This document shows, one piece after another, positions 11,870-25,845 of a stretch of 64,000 nucleotides of DNA. Under the pieces are notes generated by a model. The model did not search any database, was not told where the DNA came from, and saw only the letters and a program-made list of their open reading frames with translations. This stretch comes from Amoeboaphelidium protococcarum X5. Lineage: Eukaryota; Fungi; Aphelidiomycota. Numbering within the stretch: position 1 is the stretch's first letter; the number at the start of each line of letters is the position of its first letter. Where the stretch lies: NCBI GenBank assembly GCA_023515725.1, contig JALDTO010000135.1, positions 124,647-188,646 of the forward strand, written 5' to 3'. Both the position numbers and the translations under genes were made by a program.

Positions 11870-13675
11870 ATGGCGTTTACATTTATCAGTAACATTTCTA
11901 GTAATGCGCCTTACTTGGTAGAGCCTGGATTATTGACAATAATTTATTTTGGGAGTTAGTTACCACTGCGACAGAGTATTTTACAATCAATCGCCGTGAT
12001 CGTTCTATTAGGTTGCGCCTAACTGCTTCATGTACTCAATAAGCTTTACAACACTGGTGAAACTGTCTCGATTTCGCTGACTTCACCATTATAATGGAGG
12101 TTAACTTCTGGTGGTGGCCTATTCATGTCTGTTTTGAGCCCGCTGATTCTGATAAATGTATTGTGTGCTCATAATAGCAGTGAATACTCTCATAAACTGG
12201 ACCTCATCTCATCTGTGGCCTTCTGTTCATCCGCTGCACTCTGCTTTGACGTGATTTTATGCTCAACTGTTAGAGGATCTGCTCAACATTATACGACAGA
12301 TCTTTTGATATGCTCTATATCAATACTAAGCGGATACTACTCATTTACAGAGTATCATAGTTGGGTTATCATCAGTGCCTGTTTTATTCTACATGGTCTT
12401 TTTAGATGTATATCCTCCCTGGCTCAAGGCAACTTTGCTCTGTCTGAAGCATTCGTTCTAACAAGCCTTTTCTCCCTGTACGGGATAGACTTTTTGCATA
12501 ACTATATGTCTGACTATGGTATTGCTGACATTGATGGTGTTGATCAGAGAGTCTACCTAATGAGCTAGGCGACGGTAATTGGCATTCTCGGCTTTGGTAT
12601 CATTGCGTATCCAGTAATGAGCCTGATCCGTCAATTCTATTCCACCTAGCTCTATAAATGGAGATATTATTTGCTCACTCTAATATTCTATCTGGCTTTT
12701 TCAGTTGTAATTTTAAAGCTTTATCTGTATCTTTGCATCAAGTTTGAAACTCGGTTTACTACTGTGGGCAGTAATCCTATAGCTTTTGGCTTATATTTGA
12801 TATTTAACGAAACTGCGAATATAGCCATCATTGGTTGGTGGATTACATGCCTAGTAATAATGCTGACGGGGACTAAGCATTTGATAAATTTGGGTCCAGG
12901 TGGACTTGAAATGCGCCGAAAGTGGTTCCACTTCATTGCAGTAATCATGTTCATACCAGGCACGATTCTTACTCCACATCTAATGACTCTTTCGTTTGCA
13001 TTGGCTTTTGCCGCGTTCATAATGTTGGAGTATATAAGGATATTTCGAATTTGGATTCCATAGATAGATCCGGTGCAAATCGATAAGTTTATGCTCTAGT
13101 TTATCGAATAGCCTGTAGTAATGCCCATGAAATCGCCTTAAGATTGCAATCAGAAGCCTAGAGTTGAATCTGTCAAGGTTCGTCTACGAAGACTTAGCTC
13201 GGCCGATCTAATCAATCTTATTCATATGCGAAGTTGGGACTCGGGGCCTATGATCTTGTCGCATCTCTATCTTCTTATAGGATGTTCATTGCCTCTGTTT
13301 ATCACAATGTATATTCCTAATTTGACTTCTGGGAATCAAAATGCTCGTGTTCTTGCTAGTACTGCTGGTATCGTGGCCTTGGGTATTGGTGATACGTTCG
13401 CGGCTCTGGTTGGTAAACGATATGGCCGACTTAAATGGTCTAAACTATCCAATAAGTCAATTGAAGGCTCTATTGGATGTTTCCTCAGTATCTTTGTATC
13501 AACTTCTGCGCTCATAATCGTAACTCCTGGGTGTGAGTGCTCCTTCACGACTATGGCGCACATCATAATAACATCAGCCATCACAGCTCTGATGGAAGGA
13601 TGCTCGTCTCAAAATGATAATCTGCTACTCTCTATCGCCGCTTCATCATCATACTTGATACTCTATAGAATTTGA
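11870..13675 (+). CDS. SEC59: Dolichol kinase
   Basis: Multi-TM; RRKWFH, ILSHLYLLIGC, GIGDTFAALVGKRYG..KW...KSIEGS, QNDNL. Confidence 0.93.
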
Positions 13676-13775
13676 TCATCATCAACGCGCTTTATTGAAT
13701 GGAATTTTTCTCCTTTTTCTCAATTATCACGATATATCACTCAAACCTCTTTGAACAATACGCTTGACAATTAAT

Positions 13776-15155
13776 ATGGATGCACAGGATAATATCGACA
13801 ATTATTAGGAAGATTAAATGCTAGCGAATAATGGTGTGAAGCTTGTAAAGAAAAAGATGGCCATTTTAATGGGATATTGCGGCACAGGATATTGCGGGAT
13901 GTAAAATAATCCTGGTGTGGCGACAATAGAATCTGAGCTGTAGAAAGCTTTCGCCGCTGTCGGTTGTGTCAGACCGGAAAATTTGTTAAACCTGGGCAAG
14001 GTTGCTTTTAATCGTGCCGCCAGAACTGATAAAGGTGTTCATGCTGCTGGTTAGGTGGTATCGCTAAAGCTACTACTCCCTCAGGATGGGGAGAATGATG
14101 GTGTCAAGACCACGGTTGACGCGTTAAATGAAGCTCTCCCGGCACAGATCAAAGTGTGGGATATTGTACGCGTACGTGGTAATTTTCATGCTAAAAATAA
14201 TTGTCAGAGTCGTATGTATGAGTATCTCTTGCCCACATTTATGCTCTAGTAGGCTGATGATGAAGAGCGCACGTGGTACGGACAAGAGCTGACTGAAGAT
14301 GAAATTGCTCATATGAAGGAGATTTTCAGTGGATAATAGCAATCATAAGAGGAAGATTTGTTAGACGGCGAAGATATGGACTAGAATGACTCTGATGGTG
14401 AGTTATAAGTACCTGATGATCTTGATAAGAAGTGCAGAGAGTATAGAATATCAGCTGACCGGTTGGAAAAGTTTCGTGATATTTTGAGCTGCTATCTAGG
14501 TACTCACAACTTTCATAACTTTACAGTAGGCAGACCATTCTGGGACTAGTCTTCGAATCGTCACATGCTATCCGTAACTGCATCTGAGCCATTCGTAAAA
14601 GGCTAGACTGAATGGGTAGCTATTAAACTGCATGGCCACTCGTTCATGCTGCATCAGATCAGAAAAATGGTGGCATTTGCAGTCCTGGCGATGAGAATTG
14701 GTGTACCTGCAAAGTAATTATTCGACACCTTGTGTGGGGAAGTTCGCGTCAATGTTCCAAAGATGCCAGCTCTTGGTCTCTTTCTAGATAGGCCAGTGTA
14801 TAATTCATATAACAAGATTATTGCGGAGACTGCAAAGTAATAGGTACTTATGAGTGCTTAACCGGTCACTTTTGAGCCGTATGAAGAGGAAATGCGGAAG
14901 TTTAAAGATTAGTGGATCTATGAAGAGATTTACAAGGTGGAAGAAGAGAAGCGCGTGTACATGAAATGGCTTCAATGTATCAAGAGATATCCAACTAGCT
15001 GGGCTTATCTCAGGGAAGATGGTGTAGTTCCCTAAGTCTTCTCCGAGTTGGCCAAGTTGGGTGCTTATAATCCGCGCTCTGCTTCTGCCAGTAAAAAACG
15101 CGAACGCGACATTGAAAACACTAAAAAGTCTCTGAAATACAAGAGGTCAGCCTGA
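13776..15155 (+). CDS. PUS1: tRNA pseudouridine synthase 1 (TruA family); possible alternative spliced end at 15306
   Basis: [53 protein letters not shown]. Confidence 0.93.
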
Positions 15156-16018
15156 AGTTAGTTTGACTGAAATATATACAGATCCTCTTTAAAGGTTGTT
15201 ATAAGTTATTTCTTTTCTTTGCCACAGATTGAAAGTAGACATTGAGTAGGCTGAAGCAGTTATGAGTGCTAAATCTTACGTAACTACCAAAGAAACGTCT
15301 ACTTGAAAATCTTTCAAAATGAGAGGCTACTTCGTAAAATTCCAATACAAAGGTGTAAATGTTGCAACGAAATGGCCCATTCAATGCACAGAGATGCAAT
15401 AATGGTTCCTATGCTGCGTTTATCTCAACAATTACTGGCGCACCAAGAGAGTCGTCAATAATCTCAAGATGCGTGTGAATTGTTTGCATATTTCTTCGAT
15501 AAATTGAAGAAGAAAAGAAAAAAACTCCCGTTAAGGTTATAAAGCGCGAAAAGCGGAAAATTAATCGAAAATCAGGCATTAAGTTAACAATGAGAGAAAT
15601 ATGTGTGCGAGTGATCGTATAAGTTTGAAAAGTGATCAAAAATATCATGATTAGTGAATGAGCTCAAAGGAGAAGAGATACAGTATATCACTTTTGAGGA
15701 TAAAAACAATATCTAACTGATACTAACTTTAATTGATTCTTACAAAATATAATGTAATCGCCTTGATTCCACCACTATCACATTCAGTTTTATAGTGATG
15801 GCGCCCAAGATTGATATTTAATATTGCCTCCTAAATAAATAGAGAAGCGTTAGATTCATAAAGTATCGAATTTTAACGCTGACTGAGGAGGCTTCAATCA
15901 GGAAGAAAAGAATAACTGCCGGTGAAGTCTGATCAAGATTATAGCTTCAAGTCTAGGGGTCAGATCCCTTTATCTTCATGAATAGAAAATAAAATATCAT
16001 AATAATTCGCTGGTGATT

Positions 16019-16636
16019 ATGTCGTTTGAAGACTAATAGAATTACATATAGGCAATTCAATAGAATCTGAATGCGCTTGATGCCTTATTCTCTGTTTCAG
16101 ATGGCCCCTTTGATCGAATGAAAGCTGATAGATTAATACAAGACACTGAAAATATGATTGCTTCAATTTCCACCGAAAGCTCAGATGTGATAAAGTCTGT
16201 GGTGCCTCTTCGAATACAGTTAAAGAAGTATAAAATTAAGCTAAGTTGTATCTAATCGAGTCAAGCTAATGTCATCTCAGTCGCGTCTATTCTGCCGCCG
16301 TTTACCGCTAGATAGCCAAAGTAGAGAGATTAATTGTATGCAAATGCCACGAAAATTGATGCACAGGGTGAAATTCTTAATAAATCGCTCTAGATATCGC
16401 TGGAGTCTGACTCTATGGGTGCGTAAACTTTAAATGCTCTGTAAATGTAATCTATGGGATTGAAACGCGCTCAAAAGTAGCTAGAAATCGCCAATGAGAA
16501 GTTGACTTTGGGTGAGCAGTCTGTAAAGATCATGAATAGACGGAGACGTAACATGTATTTGATCATCGCTATCATTGTGATTATTCTTATTGGAATCGCT
16601 GCAGCAGTTGGTGTTGTATTTGGTGCTAAATTGTGA
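16019..16636 (+). CDS. Qb-SNARE, Vti1-like
   Basis: Helical N-terminus, QRDQL..., SNARE motif (ESDSMGAQTLNALQMQ), RRRR then C-terminal TM helix. Confidence 0.75.
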
Positions 16637-16667
16637 ACTGTCTTAAATATACTGTACACTGTCATTT

Positions 16668-18218
16668 TCACTATTCAATTCGCCCACCTAATTGAACAAT
16701 CACTTCTTACTTCGATGCTAATTGATGTTCATCATTTTGTAACCGTTGCCCAATGTTCACATCTTTCATGAAGGACATACTTATTGTCAGTATATGCCCA
16801 GGCAATAATTACAATATTCGATGATATTAGTACGGGAGGATTACGCCATCCAAGGTGAATTCAAACTTGTCGTGAAATTTGCCATTGACCAGCTATTTAC
16901 TAGCACAGACTTCTGACAATTAACAGGTCACCAATTGCGCGTACTCAAATAGACCATCAGATAGAATGTGAGGAACAGAAAGCAATAAATTCTTCGGGCG
17001 CCCATAGTATGATATTCCACTTCTAAATAGATTGATAAAGCTTTCCAGAAGTTGTAGTAGAACATCATTATCAAATACAGCTGTGCATTTGCTTTTTTCA
17101 TCAAGAACATTAGAGTCATTGTCCGAGCCTGTCTAACGGTTACAATTCAAAGCAATTATATTATCACGTAGCCGTACAAGCACTAATTAAAATCCATGAC
17201 CGGCTGCTGACTTTTTAAGACTAGCAAAGACATGTGAATTAACAGGATATAACTACCAATTCTTACCAACATAGGATAATGTCAGTTCTCGATTGTAGAC
17301 TGAAGCATACTAAACATTGCGTAAAGCAGCTTGTTCTTGTAAGGATCTAAAAGCCACACACCATTACTCATAATCACTTTAAATGCTAAATTGCCAACAA
17401 GAAGGCATGATTCTTGAACGTAAATTACTGAGAAACATTCGACTTTCTCTAAGCGAGTGGTGGAGTAACTCTAATGATGATTGAAATTCAGAGCTTACCA
17501 CCATGCGGGACACAACTCTTTAGCACGCAGATATATGATGCAGACTCACAGTGTTATCCTATTTAGCATTTGCCGACTTGACAGCAAGACATTTACTATA
17601 ATCATGAGGCTAATAAGTCCATTAATTATTATCATCTGGATCTTAATCATCATATCCTTTCTAAGCTTGATCAGAGGTATTATACGCATCTTCTGAATAA
17701 CGTCTCTTTCGTTCGGCATTAATACTCTAATGTGATATAAACGCATTAATCTTCACAGTAGGTTATAAATCATAATCATCTTCAATCGGAGCAGACTCTC
17801 GATCGTTCTCAATGGAGCCATCTAGTCCTTACTCATCATCACTCAATTCGATTGAGGTAATTCTGTGATAAATTTAATCAACATCATCGCGCAGAGGCAC
17901 AAAAGTCCAGCAATTGTTACTCTGCTGACAACTGTTGGAAATCCGCTGAAACACATTGGGCACAACAAGCATAGTCTTATCTGGCTCTTCCAAATCCAAC
18001 TGTCCATTTTCTATATTTTAAGATTAAAGATGATGTTGCTAAGATTATTAAGAGCTCTTTGGCAGTTTCTAATTCAAGGCAATACTTGTTAATTATTACT
18101 GATGTTAGAGTGGTAAATGAGCATCCGGATGAGACAAACTTTACTACACTCCCTGATACTGCTACTCTTTCTTTCTCAGCTTTTACCTATTTCTGATTGC
18201 ATCGAGACTCTTCACCAT
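16668..18218 (-). CDS. DONSON: Divergent DONSON (downstream neighbour of SON) homologue, replisome/CMG assembly factor
   Basis: Colinear blocks resembling human DONSON as I recall it: QWCVAFRSL (DWSVSFTSL), QLLESFIN (TLLNFLIN), VPHILSDGLFEYA (PPTLLSPVAFRGA), HDKFEFTLDGVILP (RDQFSLEITGPIMP); basic N-terminus and NVF motif. Confidence 0.7.
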
Positions 18219-18837
18219 GTCTCTAAACTTCAATAGATGGTAATCACAGTTTAATGAATACTACAAGAATACAAGACCAGCTAGAAATGGATGGTGCAGA
18301 ACTATAGTCAACGCGACGAATCAATTGGGAACAGCTACTACAGTACTTAAAACTAGAGACTGAACTGAAGAACGCGAGATGAAGGAACAAGTTGTTGAAA
18401 CAATAACGGTTTAGAGCGATAGCGCGCACTTTAACTATCAAGAACGAGCACATGCGCGTTACTTACCTGCAGAGGATTTTGAAATAGAGGCTATATCGTA
18501 TAAGAAATGTTTTTTGCATACTCCTTATTTAGAGTAGAAATTACACGTCTTTTCTCCGTTGAAACATTAGACATATCTACTCGCCCAGGCTCTCTGTAAA
18601 CTTCCATACAGAGGAAGGTTTCCTCAACCTCGACAATGCTCTATTTCGAGAAATTTCGCAATGCGTGCAAGTTTATATCGGTTAGCCTATTCCACAAAGT
18701 TCGAGATAATCATTCCATTTCACAGCAGTCTCCTCTACTGCACACTCTCTTTGATCAGCTTACTGACCGTTTCCAGACTAACTTGTCTTCATTATACTTA
18801 GCTTCACCAAAACTACGTTTGACGGCGCAAAAGTGAT

Positions 18838-19120
18838 ATGGACTATGAACTAGACTATTCTCCGCAGACTGAAAGTAGTTTGAGCGATATGTCTTGATTG
18901 CACATTCAAGGAGCAGCGATGAGGACGAGTTGGTCCTCATTTAGATCGACCTTCAGCTTTTGAGGACGAACCTGTCCTCATTTGACTTGGCTTTACCAAT
19001 ACTAAGTTCGAGGGCGTAAAACTCACATGGACTATGAACTAGACTATGCGCTCTAGACTGAAAGTGGTTTGAATGAAATATCTCGAGAATTGACAACATG
19101 CGGCGATGAGGACAATCTGT
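18838..19120. repeat. Imperfect direct repeat (period 189 bp) with two TGAGGAC-N6-GTCCTCA palindromes, in the divergent DONSON/PRE8 intergenic region
   Basis: ATGGACTATGAACTAGACTAT at 18838 and 19027, followed by AGACTGAAAGTRGTTTGA; palindromes at 18920-18939 and 18961-18980. Confidence 0.8.
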
Positions 19121-19252
19121 CTGCTTGTTGCCTTCGCTGCGTTTCGTTCATCAAAGTTGGAGTTTTCGCTCACGTCTGCTCTTCACTGTTCTTTTCGAGA
19201 CTAAATCAACTTGCTCGACCACACTATAAACCAAGTTACATTGTATAGATAA

Positions 19253-19972
19253 ATGTCTGATAGATACAGTTTCTCATTGACTACATTCTCGCCTAGTGGT
19301 AAGCTGGTACAGATTGAGTATGCTCTGAATGCAGTCGCTCAGGGAATGACCAGCATTGGAATTAAGGCCAAGAATGGGTGTGTCATTGCCACGGAGAAGA
19401 AGGCTCCGTCCTCGCTAGTGGATGACTCTGTGCTTACCAAGGTATACACCATTTGCGACAATATTGGACTGGTTTACAGCGGTATGGGTCCGGATAGCCG
19501 TGTTCTAGTCAGCAAGGCTAGAAAGAGTGCTAGCAAGTATAAGCAAGTGTATGGAGAGTGTCCGTCCACCATAGTGTTGGTGCGCGAAGTTGCCGCTGTC
19601 ATGCAAGAGTTCACTTAGAGTGGAGGTGTTCGCCCGTTTGGTGTATCGCTGCTGATCGTTGGCTATGACAACGAGTAGGGGCATATGATGTACCAGGTTG
19701 ACCCGTCTGGCTCGTACTTTCCATGGAAGGCTACGGCCATTGGTAAGAATTAGATCAATGCCAAGACATTCCTGGAGAAGCGTTACAATGATGAATTGGA
19801 GTTGGAGGATGCGATCCATGTTGCCATTCTGACTTTGAAGGAAGGTATGGAAGGTGGTGTTAGTGAAGATGGACTCGAGATTGGCGTTGTTCAAGATTCC
19901 GGTCCACACGCTGGCAAGTTCCGAAAGCTGACTCTTGGTGAAATTAAAGATCACCTCGTAAATATTGCTTGA
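19253..19972 (+). CDS. PRE8: 20S proteasome subunit alpha 2
   Basis: [21 protein letters not shown]; EFT[TAG=Q][12 protein letters not shown]; [18 protein letters not shown]. Confidence 0.97.
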
Positions 19973-20168
19973 ACTCCGCTGACTATTGATATATCGCTTA
20001 CTATTGTAGCGTTATTGAACTCATGTAATTGTGTAGTATTCTCTTTATTTATAGTTGATTTCATTTGACTTATACCTTTCACCTCTCCTCCGATATCATT
20101 TTCGGTCCACTTGAACGCATGAAATCGACTTAACTAGAAAGTCGGATTTTTTAAAGTTAATAAATTTA

Positions 20169-21429
20169 TCAATCCCTCAAGGATATCCATTCATCATGCA
20201 TATTGGATATGTTTTATACAATCTTGTCTTCAATCTCACATCCACCATCTAATTCAGATTAATCCATAGTGATTGAGGTGACGTGAAATGCATCAGTGAC
20301 TGCAGTAGAATGAGGCGGCAACTAAATTTAAGAGTGGTTTTCATTAGACGTAACAGGCAATGATCCATCTACTGAAGGCGTTTACCTACCAGACGATGAT
20401 GGTGTATGGTTGTTACTAGAATTGTATTACAACTGCTATGGAGACATTAGATGCTTCCGAGAATAGAATACAACTTGAGACTTTCTGGTGGACAAGATAT
20501 TGCCAATCACCACCTGATGGCCATAATTCTTCAGAGCATTGGTGGATTTTATAGATAACAATTGCGGATCAGTTTCCAACTTGAAAGACACTATAAAACC
20601 TCTTGATGCCCATTCAGACACGAGCGGCTTCAAAATCTTGGGCACCTGCTCCATCTTCAGCGTCAGTGATCCATCAGCACTCTAGATCTTATGCGTGGCC
20701 TACACTCACACAAGAATGATCAATGAAAACATAACCAGCAATCAATAACTAGCAAAATATAAGACATACCAAGTCTGAAGATGGAATACAAAAGTCGCTG
20801 ACTGCTGCAGCGAGATACCATAACGCATTCTTGCCTAGCATCGATCCCAAAGATCTACTGACAGATCTCAACATGATCAAGTAGTCATGCACTGTGATGT
20901 AATCCAAAAGGAGAATCTACTTTTATGAGTGAAAGTGTTACAATTCCGATAGACTAGCGGACATTTTGCGTACATCTTCCGGTTTGATTGCGACTTGACC
21001 ATCAGAAGAGATATCCAACCACGGAAATGCAAATCCTTCTGGAAAAGCACGAGCAACTTCGCCGTGCTTCTTATGAGACTGCTACCAGTGTCTGATGAAT
21101 GGCTACAGACTACCCTCGCGATGCATAAAAATCACAGCATATCCTAATCTGAGGAAGTACTCTGCAGATGCAGCACCTCGAGTTCCCAGCGAAAAGTTGT
21201 CGATAAATCTCACCATATTCTTCTCCAGCGGAACTTATGTGCCACCACTCTACACCACATAGTTAAGGTTATGATTAAAACTAACGCGAATTAAATTAAA
21301 ATATAATGTTCTTACAGTTAACAGCACAATCTTGCGTCCCAGTGACTTTTGCTGTTCCATAAACGCCAGAGCTTTCTAGCAATTATCTTTAACATGCTCA
21401 GATTCTTCATGATGAGCGAAAAATTCCAT
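20169..21429 (-). CDS. CAB2: Phosphopantothenate-cysteine ligase (PPCS)
   Basis: [48 protein letters not shown]; introns 21250-21315 and 20700-20769. Confidence 0.93.
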
Positions 21430-21858
21430 ATTCCAGTATTAGGTCTCCAGTAATAATCTCTCTAGATTAACAAAGCCTATAGCGAAAGTAAGCTACAAAA
21501 GATAAATAAATCTTAAATTCTCGAACTTGTTGATCAAAATCGAAATGAAATGAAACAGCGCATAGAACTGCACAAGCGAGAGACCAAAGATTCCTCATTT
21601 CATTGCTCAGCTTCTCTGTACCGGACTGCTCGTTCCATCCGTAAACACGTCATGGCGAGTAGTTTCAATGGAACATATTGTACAATAGTCTTTTTCGAAT
21701 TTATCGCTATGTAACTTCGATTTTCAGGATACTGTCGGTGTTTGTAAAAGATCGTCAATTCACCTTCGAGTGCAGACTTATCACACCTGAAGAATCGCGA
21801 AGTTTGATCAATTTCATTCATCATCTATCTAACAGTGAATTAAAACTATTGCAACAAT

Positions 21859-22987
21859 ATGACCAAGAGCGCGACTAAGAGTTAAGTATTAATCAAGACG
21901 TTGAGTCTTTAGCCAAACTTGTACATGCACGATGTGCCCAAAGTATAGTCCAAGTTGCAGCGATTAATTGACGCTGGCCTTGATCAATTGCATATCGTCG
22001 CTGGTAAGATTTGAATCCATCTGACTATGTTAATCTTCAATATTTCCCTACCAACCACCCGCGGAGTATAGTGTAGATTTCGATATGACGTTGACAAAGA
22101 ATTGGGTTAATGGAAAGAGAAATATGAGCTCACATGGCATGTTCCATCACTACAGCAAGACTCCAGAGTCGTACAGAATTGCGTCTTAGGCGACTTTTGA
22201 CAAGTACTTCCCCATCGAGATCTCCACCAAGATGACCATGGAGCAGAAGATTCCACACATGGTGCAGTGGTGGAAAGAGGCTCATGAGTAGATCTTGTCG
22301 CTGTAGTTTACGCGTGGTCATTTAGAGGAGATGACAGCTGAGCAAGGTGTATCGTTCCGCGAAGGCTTTGATCACCTGGTGGAATTCACTAGGCAGCAAA
22401 ATGTGCCCGTGCTGGTGTTCTCTGCAGGTATCACTGATGTTATCGAGAGTATGCTCAAGTTTAGCGATTTGTACACGGATCAGATGCACGTCATATCCAA
22501 TAGAATGATCTTTGACTAGAACTCCGGCGTAAATGTGGGCTTCTACGAGCCTATCGTTCATGTATTCAATAAGAACGAGTTTGCGTCAATGTTGAAGAAT
22601 GGCTTCAATAGATACCCTGAAGATCCTTGTCACCCAGCAGACGGTAGTGTTGTTCAGGCTCCTGCTTAGGAGATTCCTAATGCTTCAGCGAAACACGTAG
22701 AGATTGTCACTGTGAGGAAACACGTTCTGCTCCTCGGCGATTCATTGAGTGACATTCAAATGGTGCATGGCCTCAATATGGAAGATGTGATCACAATTGG
22801 CCTGATGAATAGATTTGTAATCGACAAGGATTCGAATCGCTGGAAGTGTGTTGGTAATGAATCCCTGTCATACGCCGAGATACTGCACTTTGTAGATCTT
22901 TACTTTAAGACTTTTGACATTGTCATTGCTGGTGATGGTCCCTTCAATCCATGGATATTGGATATTTTAGAATCAATGTCACATTGA
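21859..22987 (+). CDS. NT5C3: Cytosolic pyrimidine / 7-methyl-GMP 5'-nucleotidase (NT5C3 family, HAD)
   Basis: HAD motif DFDMT split by intron 22004-22076; KIPHMVQWW, VFSAG, HVFNKNE, LLGDSLSD. Confidence 0.92.
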
Positions 22988-23181
22988 TTGATTGAACATT
23001 TAAATTAATTCAAAGCATTTACGTCTCAATAGGTACTACGCTTGATATTAAGGGCGATAAAATTGTAATTAAACGGTCTAATACTATTTTTTTACGGTCG
23101 CTATAACCGTCTTGCCAATTGTTTTGCTCTTTTCAGATGGTAATAGCGTTTCAAGCAATGAAGATCATTAACTACTCCAAT

Positions 23182-25338
23182 TCAACTATATCTCGATCTT
23201 TTCTACGTGGAAGCGGTTTGAGGACTTCCTAGCGTCTAATCAAGCACTAAAACATCTACATTTGGACTTTTAGGTGGATTGATGTACGCGTCAGGCTCCT
23301 CAACCACCAAGCCGCCCAACCAAATTCCACCGAGAGATTGAGCTCTCTCAATGTCTGTGGATGAAATAATACCACCACCCTGAATATTTTATTATAATCT
23401 ACCCGAGTGGTAAACCTGCTGCCAGTATTAATGCAAGAACGACATACCGAGAGCAATACAAATTTTACTTACATCCTTCTCCTGCAATTCCGAGATCTTT
23501 AATACCGAGACTCCATTTGCTTTATCAAAGTACTCTCGCAAACTAAATCCACATGCCCAATCTATAATTGCGGGTAATTAAATCTGCTGATTGCCGACAT
23601 TATCAGTACAATATTGACGGAAGTATTCCGCATCCTACCGGGAGCTAAACTTGACAAACGCTTCCATTTTACTCTTAACCAAGGTGATGACTTCCGCATT
23701 GAATTACGCAACCAGGGGTGCAATACTCTAAGCACCAACCATATTCTATGGCAAATCACCCAAGTATACAGTCCTGGTAAGAACATGAACTTCATCCAAG
23801 AGGACAGCCGGATCAGCATACATGGTCCGATTAGGATTAGACGGAAATTGTTGAACTCTTTAGAGCCATTTCTAACTACCGTCTCCAGGCTGAGAAATCG
23901 AATGCTAACGCCGCTAATAAGGTTACTACTGCTATTATTCCGCTTGCTAGTATTAATTACTAAAATTCTATAACAGTGGAGGTTAACCGTAGTTTGTGGC
24001 TTGATGCGCATCTGTTTTACGACGTTTAAACTGAGAATCGTCTTCAAATTATTACTGGTTACTATTACCAACAGTAGGATACACATTGTGCTATTAAGCT
24101 ACTTAATTATTAGCAGAGAATTACTATTGTTACTATTGTGGAGCAGGAGACGGGATGTTAAAATTCGCAGCTAAACTGGCAAGAACATCTGGATCAGGTA
24201 GACTGAAAGGCATTGGTGAGGGATTTTGTGACTATTACTACGGCTGCTGCATCGAATACTACGGCATGTATTATTATTATGACTAGGAATACTACTACAG
24301 TGGCGTTTTCTACTATGCACCGATAGACTGCTGCAGGTACTATGATATTTATAATATCGCCTGAGTTTACAAACTATTCTAAATCGCGCCTTATTAATCC
24401 AAAACCACCTGCTAAGTATTATTTCCCTCTCCACCAACGGAAGTCACCGGGCCACTATTCGTCACCACCACTGGCTTATATTCTTCATCTCCATAGTCAA
24501 ACTGCAGTGGATTGTCAACATTATTTCGCGGAGTAGTTACATGCATAGGTAATGATGAGCTACTTGGCAATGACATTGGATCAGTAGATGTATACGGCTG
24601 ACTAGTGGGAGCCACAGATGACTTTTAAGCATCGCTTTAATTGTCTTGTGCTAAAGACGACTTTTATGCAACTTCATCACTACCACTCTCAATACTATCT
24701 TCGTCATTGACATCTTACTCAACTCCCTCCTCTTGTTCTTCTTATTCGCCACCTTCTTTCACTTAAAACTGCGGATATTACTCAAGCAAATCGCGAATTA
24801 CAGTACCTTCAAATATACCACTCTTCTACCACATGCTAATCAACTTGCAAACTTTAGCCTCATCTATACGGGATAGAGTATTCGAAGATTCAGAACTATT
24901 AACACTCTCATTGCTACCACTATTACTCTTCTTCACCAGAAATGAGAAGATTTCCTATAGCTTAGATGAAATACGCGCCTGTAAAGATTCTTTATGCTTC
25001 AAAAATGATGAAGACCCATTACCACTATTACCTTTACGACCAACGCTATCAAAATCCTTTTTCAGGGCGCGACAGATCGAGTCCACCGTGTATATGCCGT
25101 AAATCCTATAGTTGACGGGACACTTGGCCAGATATCTCTCCACCGCCCATACAATCATTTTGTACATATGAGCATTTTTAATAGCATGCTTAGTGACACC
25201 TTAAATCTTGCTAGCTGATACTCCAGAACTGGATGAAGATGATGTCTACTACTACTCTGACTGATTACTATAGTACGATTGCAGCATTTATTCCAACTGG
25301 ACAACCACTGGATGATTTTCAGGATTCTAAGACGACAT
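23182..25338 (-). CDS. CID + RRM Pol II CTD-binding protein (Nrd1/Seb1/SCAF4-8 family)
   Basis: N-terminal CID (GVSASKI..., YTVDSICR), Q-rich middle, SRTLYLG RRM, WACGF, GGLVVEEPD. Confidence 0.88.
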
Positions 25339-25845
25339 TGTTATTTCTACTACTTATGTGATAAGACTGATCTAAAGGAAATGTGGAATTTGATGATACA
25401 CTTTAGACAGAGGTACAGAAACACTGTGTAAACAAGTTAAAACTTTATTATTACTCCGAGTCTTTAGAAGTAACTGCACTCAGTATGCGATTGATTGATG
25501 AAGGAATAAGCGAGGAGTCGAAAGAGTGAGAGAGTGAGAGAGAGAAAGAGTGAGAGAACGCGCACAGATATTAACGGACGCGTGTAGGAACATGTGGCAT
25601 TGTTCCACTGATATAGTCCATCCTACCACTATCATAACAAATGTTCGTCACAAATTTTTATCTTATTAACTCCAATGTTCTCTAAATTTAAGTCGCCCAG
25701 CCCGCTATCCACGTATGACTTTAGTATGATCAGAGTTTTACAACTCAATAAAGAGATACTACAGTATACGATTGGAACAATGGTACAAGGTTGATTTCTC
25801 GTCAGTCTTATCGCTTCTATTAAAAACGGGAAAATTAACTATCAG

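Noticed and set aside
18838-19120. CRISPR-like reading of the repeats and palindromes
   Set aside because: Only two or three degenerate units, no regular spacers, eukaryotic context and no cas genes
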